NCBI GenBank assembly: GCA_020346605.1
Contig: CP070784.1
Location: forward strand, 1,051,947-1,107,312
From: Candidatus Bathyarchaeota archaeon
Lineage (GTDB): Archaea; Thermoproteota; Bathyarchaeia; TCS64
Reading direction: 5' to 3'
Length of the DNA stretch: 55,366 bases
Part shown: positions 9,548-19,330 of the stretch, in pieces
Layout of the letters: each line of letters begins with the position of its first letter
Position numbering within the stretch: position 1 is the first letter of the stretch
Notes under the pieces: model-generated
Seen by the model: the letters and a program-made list of their open reading frames with translations, nothing else
What the model was told of the DNA's origin: nothing
Databases searched by the model: none
Translations under genes and position numbers: made by a program

Positions 9548-9907
9548 ATGGTCTACTGCACAAAATGTGGGACTCAGAACGAGGATGGGGCCTCCAACTG
9601 CGTGAGCTGTGGGGCCTCCCTCAGGGTGTCCCGGCGAGTGAGGAGGGGCTGGGAGGAAGAGATCGAGGTGCGCGCGGAGGAGTTCGGGGAGAGGGCGGAG
9701 GAGTTCGGCAGACGAATGGAGGCCGAGTGCTTCGGCCTGCCCCGAGGGAACTCGATCATCGGGGTCCTCATAGGTCTCGCCATCATCCTCGTGGGAGTTC
9801 GCGAGCTCCTCGGCTGGAGCATCGACCTCGGGCCCTTCGCAGCCATTGTGGTGGGCGTCCTCATCATCGCAGGAGCCCTTTACAGGCAGAGTCAGGGGAG
9901 ACCCTGA
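9548..9907 (+). CDS. Zinc-ribbon domain membrane protein
   Basis: CTKCG...CVSCG zinc ribbon and two C-terminal TM helices. Confidence 0.85.
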   Translation: MVYCTKCGTQNEDGASNCVSCGASLRVSRRVRRGWEEEIEVRAEEFGERAEEFGRRMEAECFGLPRGNSIIGVLIGLAIILVGVRELLGWSIDLGPFAAIVVGVLIIAGALYRQSQGRP

Positions 9908-10255
9908 TCGCGCGCCCTCCTTTTTCAGGCGACCACACGTCGTCGATGGATTCCTAGGAAGGATGAGCTAGATTTTCTTCAATCTTAACGACGTTTTCGT
10001 ACCTGACGATGTAGTTTACATGGCTTTTTCGTCCTGGTTCATCTCCGCCTCTCATCGATTCATATCCTCAAAATCCGTATAAACTCCAAGGATGATTGCT
10101 CTGGATCCGTGTGAAGGTCAGCACCCCCATAGAGTTGGTCGCAGAAGCCTCCACAACGCGCACTGTGGGTAACCAAATTCTACTGTCGCCCCACATTGAT
10201 GTTTACTCAAAATCCGTGTTCGCGCTCTTTTCCCCGCATGCAACTCGCAAGGGTG

Positions 10256-11791
10256 CTATTTGTAAGGCGACATCGTGACTGGATTGAGGAGGGCCACGGT
10301 GGGCGCGTAGTCGTCCGTTAACAATGGTGAATCCGCCGTGTCGATCTCCCAGTCGACGAGGTTCCGTGTATAAGCCGCCAAGGTTTCACCCCTCAGAGGG
10401 GCCTCCTCGGCCATGGTTTGGAGATCTTCTTTCTCGAATCTGGTCTCTGTTTCGGTCGCGATCAGAATGATGTTCTGGACCCATGAAAGTGAGACGTCCC
10501 TGGTGGTGAACAGGTAGATCTGCGGGAACACCTCGCCGATGGTCTTGTATTCGGCCACGAGGAGGTTGGAGGTGTCTCCTATGAGCGACGAGATGAGGTT
10601 GGATATCACGACCCCGTTGGGGTTCAGGTGGTCGGCTAAGACCTCGAAGAACTCACGGGTCATGAGGTGAAACGGTACATAGGTCTTCGAGTACGCGTCA
10701 AGGACTATGAGGTCGTATCTGCCGGCTCTGACCAGGAACGCCCTCCCATCCCCCACGTAGACCCCTAGGCGCGGGTCGTCTGGCACCCCGAAGTACTTCC
10801 TGGCCGTGTTCACGACCTCAGGGTCTATCTCCACGACGTCGACGGTAATGTTGGGGTACTGCTCCAGAAACTGCTTGGGCCCCGAGAATCCTCCTCCGCC
10901 TACGAACAGCACACTCTCTATCTCAGGGTTCAAGACGAAGCCCAGGTTGAAGTAATCGGTGTACATGTAGACCGCTCTGTCAGATCCGTTGAGGTAATAG
11001 GCGCTGTGGGGCAGGTTGTTCAGGTAGAGGGTTCTGATGCCCCGGTTCCTGTTGTCGACGACGGTCAGGGAGCTGTAGGCCGTATCCTTCCGGTAGACAA
11101 CGGTCCCTGCGAAGATGGACAGGGATCCCCGAAGAAAGGGGGTCGAGGGGAGCAGCAGGACGACCACCATGAAGAGAACAGTGGAGAGCCTCTGATTCCA
11201 GGCCAGCCCTAGGAGAGCTGCGGCCATCAAGACTAGGCTAAGCGCGAACAGTATGGACTTGACGCCGAAACTGGGGATCAGGACGAAGACGGTGAAGAAA
11301 GTGCCGAATATGCTGCCCCCGGTCGACACGGAGTACAGGCTCCCTGAGACGCCGCCGATGTTCTTCAGGCTGCTTGCAGCGAGCCTCAGGGCGTATGGTG
11401 AGACCATGCCAAGTAGCGTAGTGGGAGCCGCTAGGAGTATCAGAGAAGCCAGCACCGGTCCGAATCGCTCACCGAGGCCCGAGTACAGCACAGTCTCCAG
11501 GACGGTGTTTGAGAACATGGAGATGGGAACAATAAACGCCCCCGCTGTGAGGATTATGAGCGAGAAGGTTCTGAAACTCGGCTCTTTATCGGCGAACCTT
11601 CCCCCGAGGTAGTATCCCAAGGCGAGTGAGGTCATTACGACTCCGATCAGACTGCCCCAGACGAAGACGCTGTCCCCGAAGAAGGGCGCAAGGAGCCTAC
11701 TACCTACCATCTCCAGCGCCATGACGACCGCACCCGATACGAACACGTCCAGTCTAATACTCCAGAGGGAGCCCTGATCGCGTAACCCCAT
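10256..11791 (-). CDS. Fused membrane domain/spermidine-synthase-like SAM-dependent protein
   Basis: N-terminal TM block (SGAVVMALEMVGSRLLAPFFG), then GGGG, VEIDP, GDGR, YDLIVLDAY and LTDDYAP motifs. Confidence 0.9.
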   Translation of the reverse strand: MGLRDQGSLWSIRLDVFVSGAVVMALEMVGSRLLAPFFGDSVFVWGSLIGVVMTSLALGYYLGGRFADKEPSFRTFSLIILTAGAFIVPISMFSNTVLETVLYSGLGERFGPVLASLILLAAPTTLLGMVSPYALRLAASSLKNIGGVSGSLYSVSTGGSIFGTFFTVFVLIPSFGVKSILFALSLVLMAAALLGLAWNQRLSTVLFMVVVLLLPSTPFLRGSLSIFAGTVVYRKDTAYSSLTVVDNRNRGIRTLYLNNLPHSAYYLNGSDRAVYMYTDYFNLGFVLNPEIESVLFVGGGGFSGPKQFLEQYPNITVDVVEIDPEVVNTARKYFGVPDDPRLGVYVGDGRAFLVRAGRYDLIVLDAYSKTYVPFHLMTREFFEVLADHLNPNGVVISNLISSLIGDTSNLLVAEYKTIGEVFPQIYLFTTRDVSLSWVQNIILIATETETRFEKEDLQTMAEEAPLRGETLAAYTRNLVDWEIDTADSPLLTDDYAPTVALLNPVTMSPYK

Positions 11792-11918
11792 TATGAGACC
11801 AGATCATGAATCGAGTCATTATTAGTTTTCTACGCGCGCCAGGTTTACAGTGGAACCTCGTCTCCGAGCGGGTATGTGTCAATACTTAAAAGGCCATTCG
11901 GACAAGTCGACTAACGCC

Positions 11919-12365
11919 ATGAAAGAAGGGGACTTCAATCAAGTCAAAGATCAGGCTGGCCCCTGCGGTATAGCGTGTGGAGCGTGTGTCCTGGGGAACG
12001 GTACCATTGCGGAAACGGCTGAGAAGACCAAGGAGCACATCACGGGGTACGGGATAAAGGAGTGGGCTCCTGCGACCCCTGGTGGCGGCGACCTCAACTG
12101 GGCTGAGACCGAGAGGACGCTGGATTGGATGATCCAGAACGCCAACTGTGCTGGCTGCGAGAGGGGAGGCGGCCCCCCTGACTGCGCTATCAGGACCTGC
12201 TCGGGTGACAAAGGCTTCGAGCTGTGCAGTCAGTGTGACGGACTGGACGACTGCTCCGAGTTCGACTGGCTGCAGGACTACGGTAAGACGCTCAAAGGGA
12301 TTCTAAGGGACAACAGAGGATTATCAAAAGAGGAATACGTGGAAAGACAATTAGCTAATTCGTAA
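11919..12365 (+). CDS. DUF3795-type cysteine-rich protein
   Basis: PCGIACGAC, CAGC, CAIRTC and CSQCxxxxxC; start taken at MKEGDF. Confidence 0.8.
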   Translation: MKEGDFNQVKDQAGPCGIACGACVLGNGTIAETAEKTKEHITGYGIKEWAPATPGGGDLNWAETERTLDWMIQNANCAGCERGGGPPDCAIRTCSGDKGFELCSQCDGLDDCSEFDWLQDYGKTLKGILRDNRGLSKEEYVERQLANS

Positions 12366-12431
12366 TAATCTATACCACCAAGCACGCAAGCCAAGAACAG
12401 GAAACATGCACCCGTGTGACTACGTTAAGGG

Positions 12432-12630
12432 ATGACTGAAAACGCCGTTAGGACCGCCTGCCCCAGGGACTGCTACGATCCCTGCTCCCTCAGGGTCACC
12501 GTTGAGGGCGGGAAGATCATCAGGGTCGAGGGAGGCCCAGAGCCTCATCATGTCGGGGGAAGCCCAGGCTATCGGCGGAGGCCCCTTCTTCAACTCGACA
12601 ATGGTCAAGCTGAGGTCTTCACGGGGTTAG
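12432..12630 (+). pseudogene. Molybdopterin oxidoreductase mini-gene (5' end fused to 3' end), copy A
   Basis: RTACPRDCYDPCSLRVTVEGGKIIRVEG (N-terminal 4Fe-4S domain) joined near 12540 to LIMSGEAQAIGGGPFFNSTMVKLRSSRG* (C-terminal motif) in another frame. Confidence 0.8.
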
Positions 12631-12670
12631 CCCCACTACGCCAACCTGATTGCGCGCGCACACTGATAAA

Positions 12671-13411
12671 TCATGGAAGCTCTTCTATCGGCTTCACGTT
12701 TCCCAACACCGGTCTCGACCTCTCAACCGGTGCAGCCCAGCGAGTCGCGTTCTCGATCACCCTCAGCACGTTGGTGTCATGGTAGATCGGGTAGGACTCA
12801 TGCCCGGGGCTGAAGTAGAAGATCTTCCCCATGCCCCGGTAGAAGCAGCATCCGCTCCTGAAAACTTCACCCCCTTTGAACCAGCTGATGAAGACGAGCT
12901 CGTCGGGGCTGGGTATGCCGAAGGGCTCCCCGTACATCTCCGCGTGCTCTAACTCGAAGTAGTCTCCGATCCCCTCGGCGATAGGGTGCCCCTCCGACAC
13001 CACCCACAGGCGCTCCCTCTCGCCAGCCTCACGCCACTTAAGGTTGCAGTGGGTCCCCATCAGGCGCTTGAAGATCCGGGAGAAGTGGGCCGAGTGGAGA
13101 ACGATCAGCCCCATGCCGTCGTAGATTACCCTCCGGTATACCCTGTCGACGACGGCGTCGCTCACCTCCTCGTGCCTCATGTGCCCCCACCAGGTGAGGA
13201 CATCGGTCTCCGAGAGCATATCGTCTGTCAGGCCGTGCTCCGGCTCGTCCATCGTGGCGGTCCGGACGTCGAGGCCGGGTCTGCCCCTGAGGTACCCAGC
13301 GATGGCTCCGTGTATCCCCTCCGGGTAGATCTCGGCGATCTCGGGGTCCTTCTTCTCGTGCATGAACTCGTTCCAGACCGTGACACGGGTCTTACTCCTC
13401 AATCTCATCAC
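12671..13411 (-). CDS. thuA: ThuA-like (trehalose utilisation) protein
   Basis: [38 protein letters not shown] and FSPGHE motifs. Confidence 0.92.
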   Translation of the reverse strand: MMRLRSKTRVTVWNEFMHEKKDPEIAEIYPEGIHGAIAGYLRGRPGLDVRTATMDEPEHGLTDDMLSETDVLTWWGHMRHEEVSDAVVDRVYRRVIYDGMGLIVLHSAHFSRIFKRLMGTHCNLKWREAGERERLWVVSEGHPIAEGIGDYFELEHAEMYGEPFGIPSPDELVFISWFKGGEVFRSGCCFYRGMGKIFYFSPGHESYPIYHDTNVLRVIENATRWAAPVERSRPVLGNVKPIEELP

Positions 13412-13438
13412 CTTCGCATCTGATTATCGGCTTGGAGC

Positions 13439-14491
13439 CTACACCTCGTCCGAGGATACCACGCCGCCTTCCTGGCTCGACTTCAAGATCATGTCCAGGG
13501 CCCTCTGGAGGCCGAGCATCTCCTCCGGTCGGGTCAGGGGCTCCCCATCCTCCAGGATGCATTCGACGAAGTGGCTCATCGCCACGAGGTAGGGATCGAC
13601 CTCGTCGAAGTGGATCTTCTTATCGACGTGCCCCCCTTCTTCGGTCGTGTAGATCGTCATCGACTCGAGATCCAGGCCCGCCTTCTCTCCCATCAGCGTC
13701 ACGGTCCTCCTCGGCTCCTTGATGTGGGAGGCCCAGCTCACCTCGAAGGAGACGGAGGCCCCGTTCCCCATCTTCAGGAGTGCAGTGGCCAGGTCCTCCA
13801 CATCGAAGTACCCCTCGGGCTCGGGCTTCCCCCATCCGCTCAGGCCCCTCTTCTCCGGCCCGAACTTGGCGTAGCTCGTGGCGTAGGCCGCCGCCGGCTC
13901 GAAGTTTGACATGAGCCAGAGGGTGAGGTCCAGCACGTGGACGCCGATGTCGTAGATGGGGCCGGCCCCGGCGTCCTTCTTCCTCGTGAACCAGCTGCCC
14001 CACCCGGGGACCCCGCTCCTCCTGATCCACCCGCATTTAGCGTAGTAGACCTCACCGAGCTCGCCGTCGGCCGCGTGGCGCTTCAGGGCTTGGACGTCAC
14101 CGCGGAACCTGCTCTGGAGCCCGATGAGCAGCTTCCCCCCGCTCCTCTTGGCTGCCTCGACCATCCTCGTCGCCTCCGACAGGTTCACAGCCATCGGCTT
14201 CTCGCAGTAGATATGCTTCCCGGCCTCGAAAGCCTCGACCGTGACCGTCGAGTGGAGCCTGTTCGGGAGGCACACGACGACGGCCTCAACGTCATCCTGC
14301 CTCAGCAGCCGCCCGTACTCCCTGTGCAGGCTCTTCTTGGGCAGCCCCGCCTCGACACCAAAACTCTCAAGGGCTTGCGGGTTCACGTCGCAGCCAGCCA
14401 CGACCCTCGCTGAACTCAATTCAAGGAGCCGCTTCAGGTGGTGGAGGCCTATGCTACCACACCCGATCACCCCGACCCCGACCTCTCTCAA
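13439..14491 (-). CDS. Gfo/Idh/MocA family oxidoreductase
   Basis: GCGSIG Rossmann motif, CEKP, GAGPIYDIGVH. Confidence 0.92.
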   Translation of the reverse strand: MREVGVGVIGCGSIGLHHLKRLLELSSARVVAGCDVNPQALESFGVEAGLPKKSLHREYGRLLRQDDVEAVVVCLPNRLHSTVTVEAFEAGKHIYCEKPMAVNLSEATRMVEAAKRSGGKLLIGLQSRFRGDVQALKRHAADGELGEVYYAKCGWIRRSGVPGWGSWFTRKKDAGAGPIYDIGVHVLDLTLWLMSNFEPAAAYATSYAKFGPEKRGLSGWGKPEPEGYFDVEDLATALLKMGNGASVSFEVSWASHIKEPRRTVTLMGEKAGLDLESMTIYTTEEGGHVDKKIHFDEVDPYLVAMSHFVECILEDGEPLTRPEEMLGLQRALDMILKSSQEGGVVSSDEV

Positions 14492-14601
14492 AGATCAGAC
14501 CTCCAACGATTCAGTCTGAGCTTTAACTATAAAACAGTGATTTCAGAGAGACGGCGAAGATCGGAGAACTCCATTGCTGTAAAAAAGGTGATGAGTGGTG
14601 A

Positions 14602-15363
14602 CTAGCGCATCATCTCGTCGAGGTTCTCCTTGCAGCGCCTGGCGCTCTCGATAGGCGTCAGTGGGTACCTCTCCTGTTCGACGATGTACCACTCCGTGCC
14701 ACCCACGGCCTCGCAAAGCGAGAAGAACCGGCTCCAGTCCATCTCCCCCTCTCCGATCAGCGCCTTCTCGTTCACCGACGAGAACGCCTTGAGGTGCACC
14801 GTGGTCGCTCGGCCGGGATAGCGTTTCAGGATCTCCAGCACCCCCTCCACGCTGACCCCGCCGGACATCGCGTTCCCGGCGTCGAGCTGCATCACGACCT
14901 CAGAGTGGGCCGCCCCGAAGACCGTGTCCCAGGGCAGCTCCCCCTCCATTGGCTGGAACTCGATCGCGTGGTTATGGTAGCCCACCCTCATCCCTTCAGC
15001 CTTCAACCTCTCGGCGATGTCGTTCAGCAGCCTGGCAGCCTCGAGCCACGAGGCCCTGGACCCCCTCCTCTCCTCAGGCAGCGAGGGGACGACGAGGAAT
15101 CGGTTGCCCAGGGCGCGGTTGAACTCTATGGACCTATCCAGCTCTCTCCCGATGAGGGTGTCTATGCCGACGTGTGTCCCCGCGACCCTGAGCCCCAGTT
15201 CGTCGAGCATCCCCCTCAGCTCCTCCGCGCTCCTGCCGTGATACCCAGCGAACTCCACCCCATCGTATCCCATGTCCACCACGGCCTCGAGGGTCCCCTC
15301 CAGGTCGCGGGCGCAGTCCTCGCGAACAGAATAGAGCTGGAGGGCGATCGGTATGTCTACCAT
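14602..15363 (-). CDS. Sugar phosphate isomerase/epimerase (xylose-isomerase-like TIM barrel)
   Basis: IALQLYSVR, GVEFAG, YHNH, HLK and VEQE motifs. Confidence 0.9.
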   Translation of the reverse strand: MVDIPIALQLYSVREDCARDLEGTLEAVVDMGYDGVEFAGYHGRSAEELRGMLDELGLRVAGTHVGIDTLIGRELDRSIEFNRALGNRFLVVPSLPEERRGSRASWLEAARLLNDIAERLKAEGMRVGYHNHAIEFQPMEGELPWDTVFGAAHSEVVMQLDAGNAMSGGVSVEGVLEILKRYPGRATTVHLKAFSSVNEKALIGEGEMDWSRFFSLCEAVGGTEWYIVEQERYPLTPIESARRCKENLDEMMR

Positions 15364-15430
15364 CTTCCCTATCCCACCTATCGTGCAATTCTTTAATTGT
15401 CGTATGGAATTTAAGGTCGAGGGTCAAGCA

Positions 15431-16660
15431 TTGGACAAGCTGGGCGTCGGTTTTATTGGGTCGGGGTTCGTCGCTGGCTTCCACGCCGAGGCGTTTAAAG
15501 GCGTTAGAGACGCTGAGATAACGGCCGTCTACAACGTCAGAGAGGAGAGCGCTAGAGCTCTAACCTCAAAGATCGATGAGCTGGGCGTGGGTAAACCCGA
15601 GGTCTACACGGATCTCAGGGAGATGCTCTCGGAGGGGTCGGTCAACGCTGTCTGGATACTCAACCCCAACTTCGTGAGGCTGGAGGTCGTCGAGGTCATA
15701 GCGGAGGAGGCCGCCCAGGGGAGGAACGACCTGGTGGGGGTCTGCTGCGAGAAGCCCCTTGCCAGGACCGCCGAAGAGGCGGAGAAGATGGTCGAGCTGG
15801 TCGAGAAGGCTGGCCTCCTGCACGGGTACCTGGAGAATCAGGTCTTCGCCCCAGGCGTGGCCAGGGGGAAGGAGGCGGTCTGGAGGTACGGCGCCAGATA
15901 CGCCGGCAGGCCCTATCTCGCTAGGGCTGCCGAGGAGCACGGAGGCCCCCACAGGAATTGGTTCTGGGACCCGAGGCTCTCCGGGGGAGGGGTCCTGTTG
16001 GATATGGCCTGCCACAGCCTCGAGGCCGACCGGTACCTGCTGTCTGATCCCGACAAGCCGAAGGAGGCGCTGAAGCCTGTGTCGGTCCAGTCAACGATAG
16101 CTTCGCTGAAGTGGACCAGGGAGCCCTACGTTTCAAGGCTCAAAGCCGACTTCGGCGTGGACTACGGAGAGACCCCCGCGGAGGACTACGCCCTGACCCT
16201 GGTGTCGTACGAGGACGAGGATGGGGGTTTGGTCCTCTCCGAGGCCAGGACCTCTTGGAGCTTCATCGGTCCGGGGCTGAGGCTCACATTCGAGGTGCTG
16301 GGCCCGGAGTACTCGATATCGATAAACAGTCTGCAGCAGGAGCTCAACGTGTTCTTCAGCCGGGGTGTGGTGATGCCGCCCTCTGAGGAGTTTGTCGAGA
16401 AGCAGGCCGCGGAGCAGGGGCTGATGCCGATGGTGCCGAACGAGGCGATCGCTTACGGGTACCAGGACGAGGACCGTCACATGGTGGAGTCGTTCCTGAG
16501 GGGCGAGATGCCGGAGGAGGACTGGAGGGATGGGCTGCTGGTCGCCCGGCTGATGATGACGGCGTACAAGTCGGCTGAGGAGGGGAGTAAACTGAGCTTC
16601 GATCCCAAGGCTCTGAAAGGCTATAAGCCAAAAGTAGCCTCTGGCGATTGGAGACCCTAA
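15431..16660 (+). CDS. Gfo/Idh/MocA family oxidoreductase
   Basis: GFIGSGFV, CEKPLAR, GGGVLLDMACH; start placed at TTG 15431 after a TATA-like TTTAAG (the ORF track starts at 15353). Confidence 0.88.
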   Translation: MDKLGVGFIGSGFVAGFHAEAFKGVRDAEITAVYNVREESARALTSKIDELGVGKPEVYTDLREMLSEGSVNAVWILNPNFVRLEVVEVIAEEAAQGRNDLVGVCCEKPLARTAEEAEKMVELVEKAGLLHGYLENQVFAPGVARGKEAVWRYGARYAGRPYLARAAEEHGGPHRNWFWDPRLSGGGVLLDMACHSLEADRYLLSDPDKPKEALKPVSVQSTIASLKWTREPYVSRLKADFGVDYGETPAEDYALTLVSYEDEDGGLVLSEARTSWSFIGPGLRLTFEVLGPEYSISINSLQQELNVFFSRGVVMPPSEEFVEKQAAEQGLMPMVPNEAIAYGYQDEDRHMVESFLRGEMPEEDWRDGLLVARLMMTAYKSAEEGSKLSFDPKALKGYKPKVASGDWRP

Positions 16661-16663
16661 TCT

Positions 16664-16840
16664 CTACCGCGCGCGGCGTGACGACGCCTGTGCAAGTTCC
16701 GGGTCTGCTTCTTCCTCCTTGGCGAGGTATGGGGCGGTCCGCGTGGCCTTGTGAACGTGCTCGAAGTCGTAGGCGGAGTCCTCTACAAAGTCAAGGGAGA
16801 CCTTGATCACACGCTCACATCGATTTGTCCAGTGGCTACA
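16664..16840 (-). pseudogene. N-terminal remnant of an HD-domain hydrolase
   Basis: DSAYDFEHV...YLAKEEEADPELAQAS matches the helices preceding the HD motif; ends at CCGCGCGCGG just before LLHD would be expected. Confidence 0.65.
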
Positions 16841-16857
16841 TATTGGGGAAAGGTTCC

Positions 16858-17244
16858 TTAGATCCATCCCCTCTGCTTGTACAGCTGGTATCCTATCTCA
16901 AGGGCTTCCTCGATCTGGGCAACGAGCTCGTCGTCGAGTTCCTTGATGCGGAAACAGGACTTCCCCTTCAGGAGCTTCAGCAGCTCCGGCTTGAACACCT
17001 CCTCCAGCCGGGTGTCCACGTATATGGGCATGTAGTACAGCCCCACCCACTTGCTCTGGATGATGATCCCCGCGAAGTAGACCTCCTTTCTCTTCCTGCC
17101 ATCGATGACGATCTCCTTGACGGACCAGAGGTCGTACTTACTGTCGAGGTCGAACTTCGGCTTCAGGGCGTTCTCGTATCTCTTGAGGATCTCCTTTAGC
17201 CTGATGAATACAGCAACGAGTTCCTCCTGCACGCCTGTCCCCAC
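16858..17244 (-). CDS. DUF1801/YdhG-like protein
   Basis: VGLYYMPIY...LLKLLKGKSCFRIK pattern. Confidence 0.7.
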   Translation of the reverse strand: MGTGVQEELVAVFIRLKEILKRYENALKPKFDLDSKYDLWSVKEIVIDGRKRKEVYFAGIIIQSKWVGLYYMPIYVDTRLEEVFKPELLKLLKGKSCFRIKELDDELVAQIEEALEIGYQLYKQRGWI

Positions 17245-17282
17245 ATCGATCTTGGGCGTCGTTTAATATAACTCGCTTGAAT

Positions 17283-17502
17283 TCCCAGAACAGGCGAATT
17301 GAGACCGTACCTCTGGCTCAGGAATTACCTATAAACCCTTTGGACCGCCTGCACTAAGGTTTGGTACAACACTTGCTTTCTCAAGGTCACACTTGAGGAC
17401 GAGAAGATAGTTAGAATCAGGGGAGACCTAGAACCTCATCACGTCGGCGGAGGTCTAGGTCATCGGAGGTCCTTTCTTTAACCTGAAAAAAGGTCTAGGT
17501 GA
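17283..17502 (+). pseudogene. Degenerate copy B of the molybdopterin oxidoreductase mini-gene
   Basis: 17342-17466 aligns without gaps to 12451-12575 (91/125 nt by hand count), including the fusion junction; reads TACTKVWYNTCFLKVTLEDEKIVRIRGDLE. Confidence 0.8.
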
Positions 17503-17515
17503 AATATTTGAAGAA

Positions 17516-19279
17516 TTAGCCCGTCAGAGTGACCGTCTCCCTGTCCACGCCGCCCTTCTCGGACGAGGCGACGACGGTCACCTCTGCTTCTCCGCCGTCC
17601 TTGACCCTGAGCAGCCACTCTGCTGCCTTTGAGGAGCTGTCGCCCCCCCTCCCCCACATCCCGCCGAAGTAGCGCCCCGGGGGGGCCTTCTTCGGCCCGA
17701 GGGGAGTGTAGAACCTTCCGGGCAGCTTATCGCTCCTTCCCTCCACGTGGCCCACCTCGAGCTTCTCGGCGTTTATCAACACTTCCACGTCGCTCCCGTG
17801 CATCAGCTCCAGCGTCACGGGCTTCGCGATGTTCGCCTTCTTCGCCTGCTCTGTGATGTTTGTGGGCAGGAACCCCCGGTTCTTGACGACGACAGACAGC
17901 TTGTGTAGCCCCGCGCCCAGGGACTCGGCCTTGACCTCCACGATCTCCGTCAGTGGCGATAGGGCCGCGTAGGCTATCATGAAGGTGCCGGCCCTAGCGC
18001 ACTCCTCAGCGAGGAACTTGGTCGGCGGGTTCCTCCATGTAAACTTGTCTTTCCAACCTCCGATCTCCACGGGTCCGAGTTGTAGGTGGTCGAAGGGCGT
18101 CCACTCCGAGAAGCCCTCGCCGCCCAGCGCCTCGTCGTTCCACGCGAGCAGCTTGAGGTTTTCCTCCAGGCTCCTATTGTCTTCCCTGCCGAACCTAATG
18201 CCGCCGCGCTCCCTGAAGTTGCCTAGGCCGGCGTGCCCCGCCATGTCCCATAGCTCGTAGGTCCACGCGTAGACCCCCATAATGTCGAAAAAGAAGTCCT
18301 TGGCGGTCCCGACCCTGGGTCTCTTCGGGTCGAGGGTGAAGAGGGCGCTGTTGCCCCCTACGCTGGGGTACTCCGAATCGCCGGTGAGCTCGGTGCCCAG
18401 CTCCCCTATGAACTCGTACGTGGCGATGTCCCTGATGTCCAGCTCGTTATCACTCACCGCGCTGGAGGAGCGGACAATGATGCCGCCGTGGGTATGGAAG
18501 GCAAGGCCGCCGCAGATGTTCTTGTGTTTCCGCCAGAAGTCGGCTTGGGCTCTGGCCTCGGGCTCGTCCAGCGGCAAGTCGGCGCCGTAGGCTCTGCTCT
18601 CGGGCTTCCAGCGCTCGGGCCAGTTCCTGTTGGTGCCCCCGATCCAGCGGGTGGGCGCCATCTTGATCTCGCCACCGTCGTAGCCCCTGATGAAACCCTC
18701 TCCGTAGACCCTGTAGTAGCTGCCGCCGAACTCGTCGGGCCGCCTCTTCACCATGATCCTCAGGTCCTCCTCGCTAACCCTCCAGTCCCCGTTTGGATCC
18801 TGCACCCTCATCTGGGTGATGAAGCCGTCTCCGTCGACGTCCTCCTCGTACAGCCCCTGCTTCCACTCGAACTCGGGGTTGGGTATCCCTCCGCCCGTTC
18901 TCTTGTAGGGCGTCGTAAGGTAGAGCTCTGAGCCGTCCGGGTTCAGGCACGGCAGGATGTAGAAGCACCTGGTGTTCAGCAGCCCCGTGATCTCGTCGTC
19001 CTCCCCGTATCCCTTGAGGAGGCGGTCGATCATCCAGAGGCAGACCTCCTTCCCCGTCACCTCTCCGGCGTGGGTGTTTCCATCAACGTACACCGCGGGC
19101 TTCTCCTCCGCCTCGCCGGTGGACTTGTTGGTCAGCTCCACGAGCCAGAGCTCCCGGCCCGCGCTGCTCCAGCCAATCGAGTAGAGCTCGCATAGCCCGG
19201 GGTACTCAGCGGCGAAGCCTTCCAGGATCTCCGTCATCTCGTCGAAGCCGTGGTAGCGGTCGAAAGTGAGTTCAACCAA
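17516..19279 (-). CDS. M14 family zinc carboxypeptidase
   Basis: FDRYH, GNTHAGE (HxxE), LNPDG, NRNW, EPE and FHTHG motifs. Confidence 0.9.
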   Translation of the reverse strand: MVELTFDRYHGFDEMTEILEGFAAEYPGLCELYSIGWSSAGRELWLVELTNKSTGEAEEKPAVYVDGNTHAGEVTGKEVCLWMIDRLLKGYGEDDEITGLLNTRCFYILPCLNPDGSELYLTTPYKRTGGGIPNPEFEWKQGLYEEDVDGDGFITQMRVQDPNGDWRVSEEDLRIMVKRRPDEFGGSYYRVYGEGFIRGYDGGEIKMAPTRWIGGTNRNWPERWKPESRAYGADLPLDEPEARAQADFWRKHKNICGGLAFHTHGGIIVRSSSAVSDNELDIRDIATYEFIGELGTELTGDSEYPSVGGNSALFTLDPKRPRVGTAKDFFFDIMGVYAWTYELWDMAGHAGLGNFRERGGIRFGREDNRSLEENLKLLAWNDEALGGEGFSEWTPFDHLQLGPVEIGGWKDKFTWRNPPTKFLAEECARAGTFMIAYAALSPLTEIVEVKAESLGAGLHKLSVVVKNRGFLPTNITEQAKKANIAKPVTLELMHGSDVEVLINAEKLEVGHVEGRSDKLPGRFYTPLGPKKAPPGRYFGGMWGRGGDSSSKAAEWLLRVKDGGEAEVTVVASSEKGGVDRETVTLTG

Positions 19280-19330
19280 TTGGAATCAGAGAAATATGCC
19301 TTGAGTTGTTTAAGATGGTTGCGCGGGTTT

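Noticed and set aside
9669-9710. GCGCGCG 7-mer and GCGGAGGAGTTCGG tandem repeat in the zinc-ribbon gene
   Set aside because: Explained by coding sequence (VRAEEFGE RAEEFGR) in an intact ORF; not counted as a scar.
9916-10255. Possible decayed gene between the zinc-ribbon and spermidine-synthase-like genes
   Set aside because: Only short broken frames with no recognisable family; cannot be supported.
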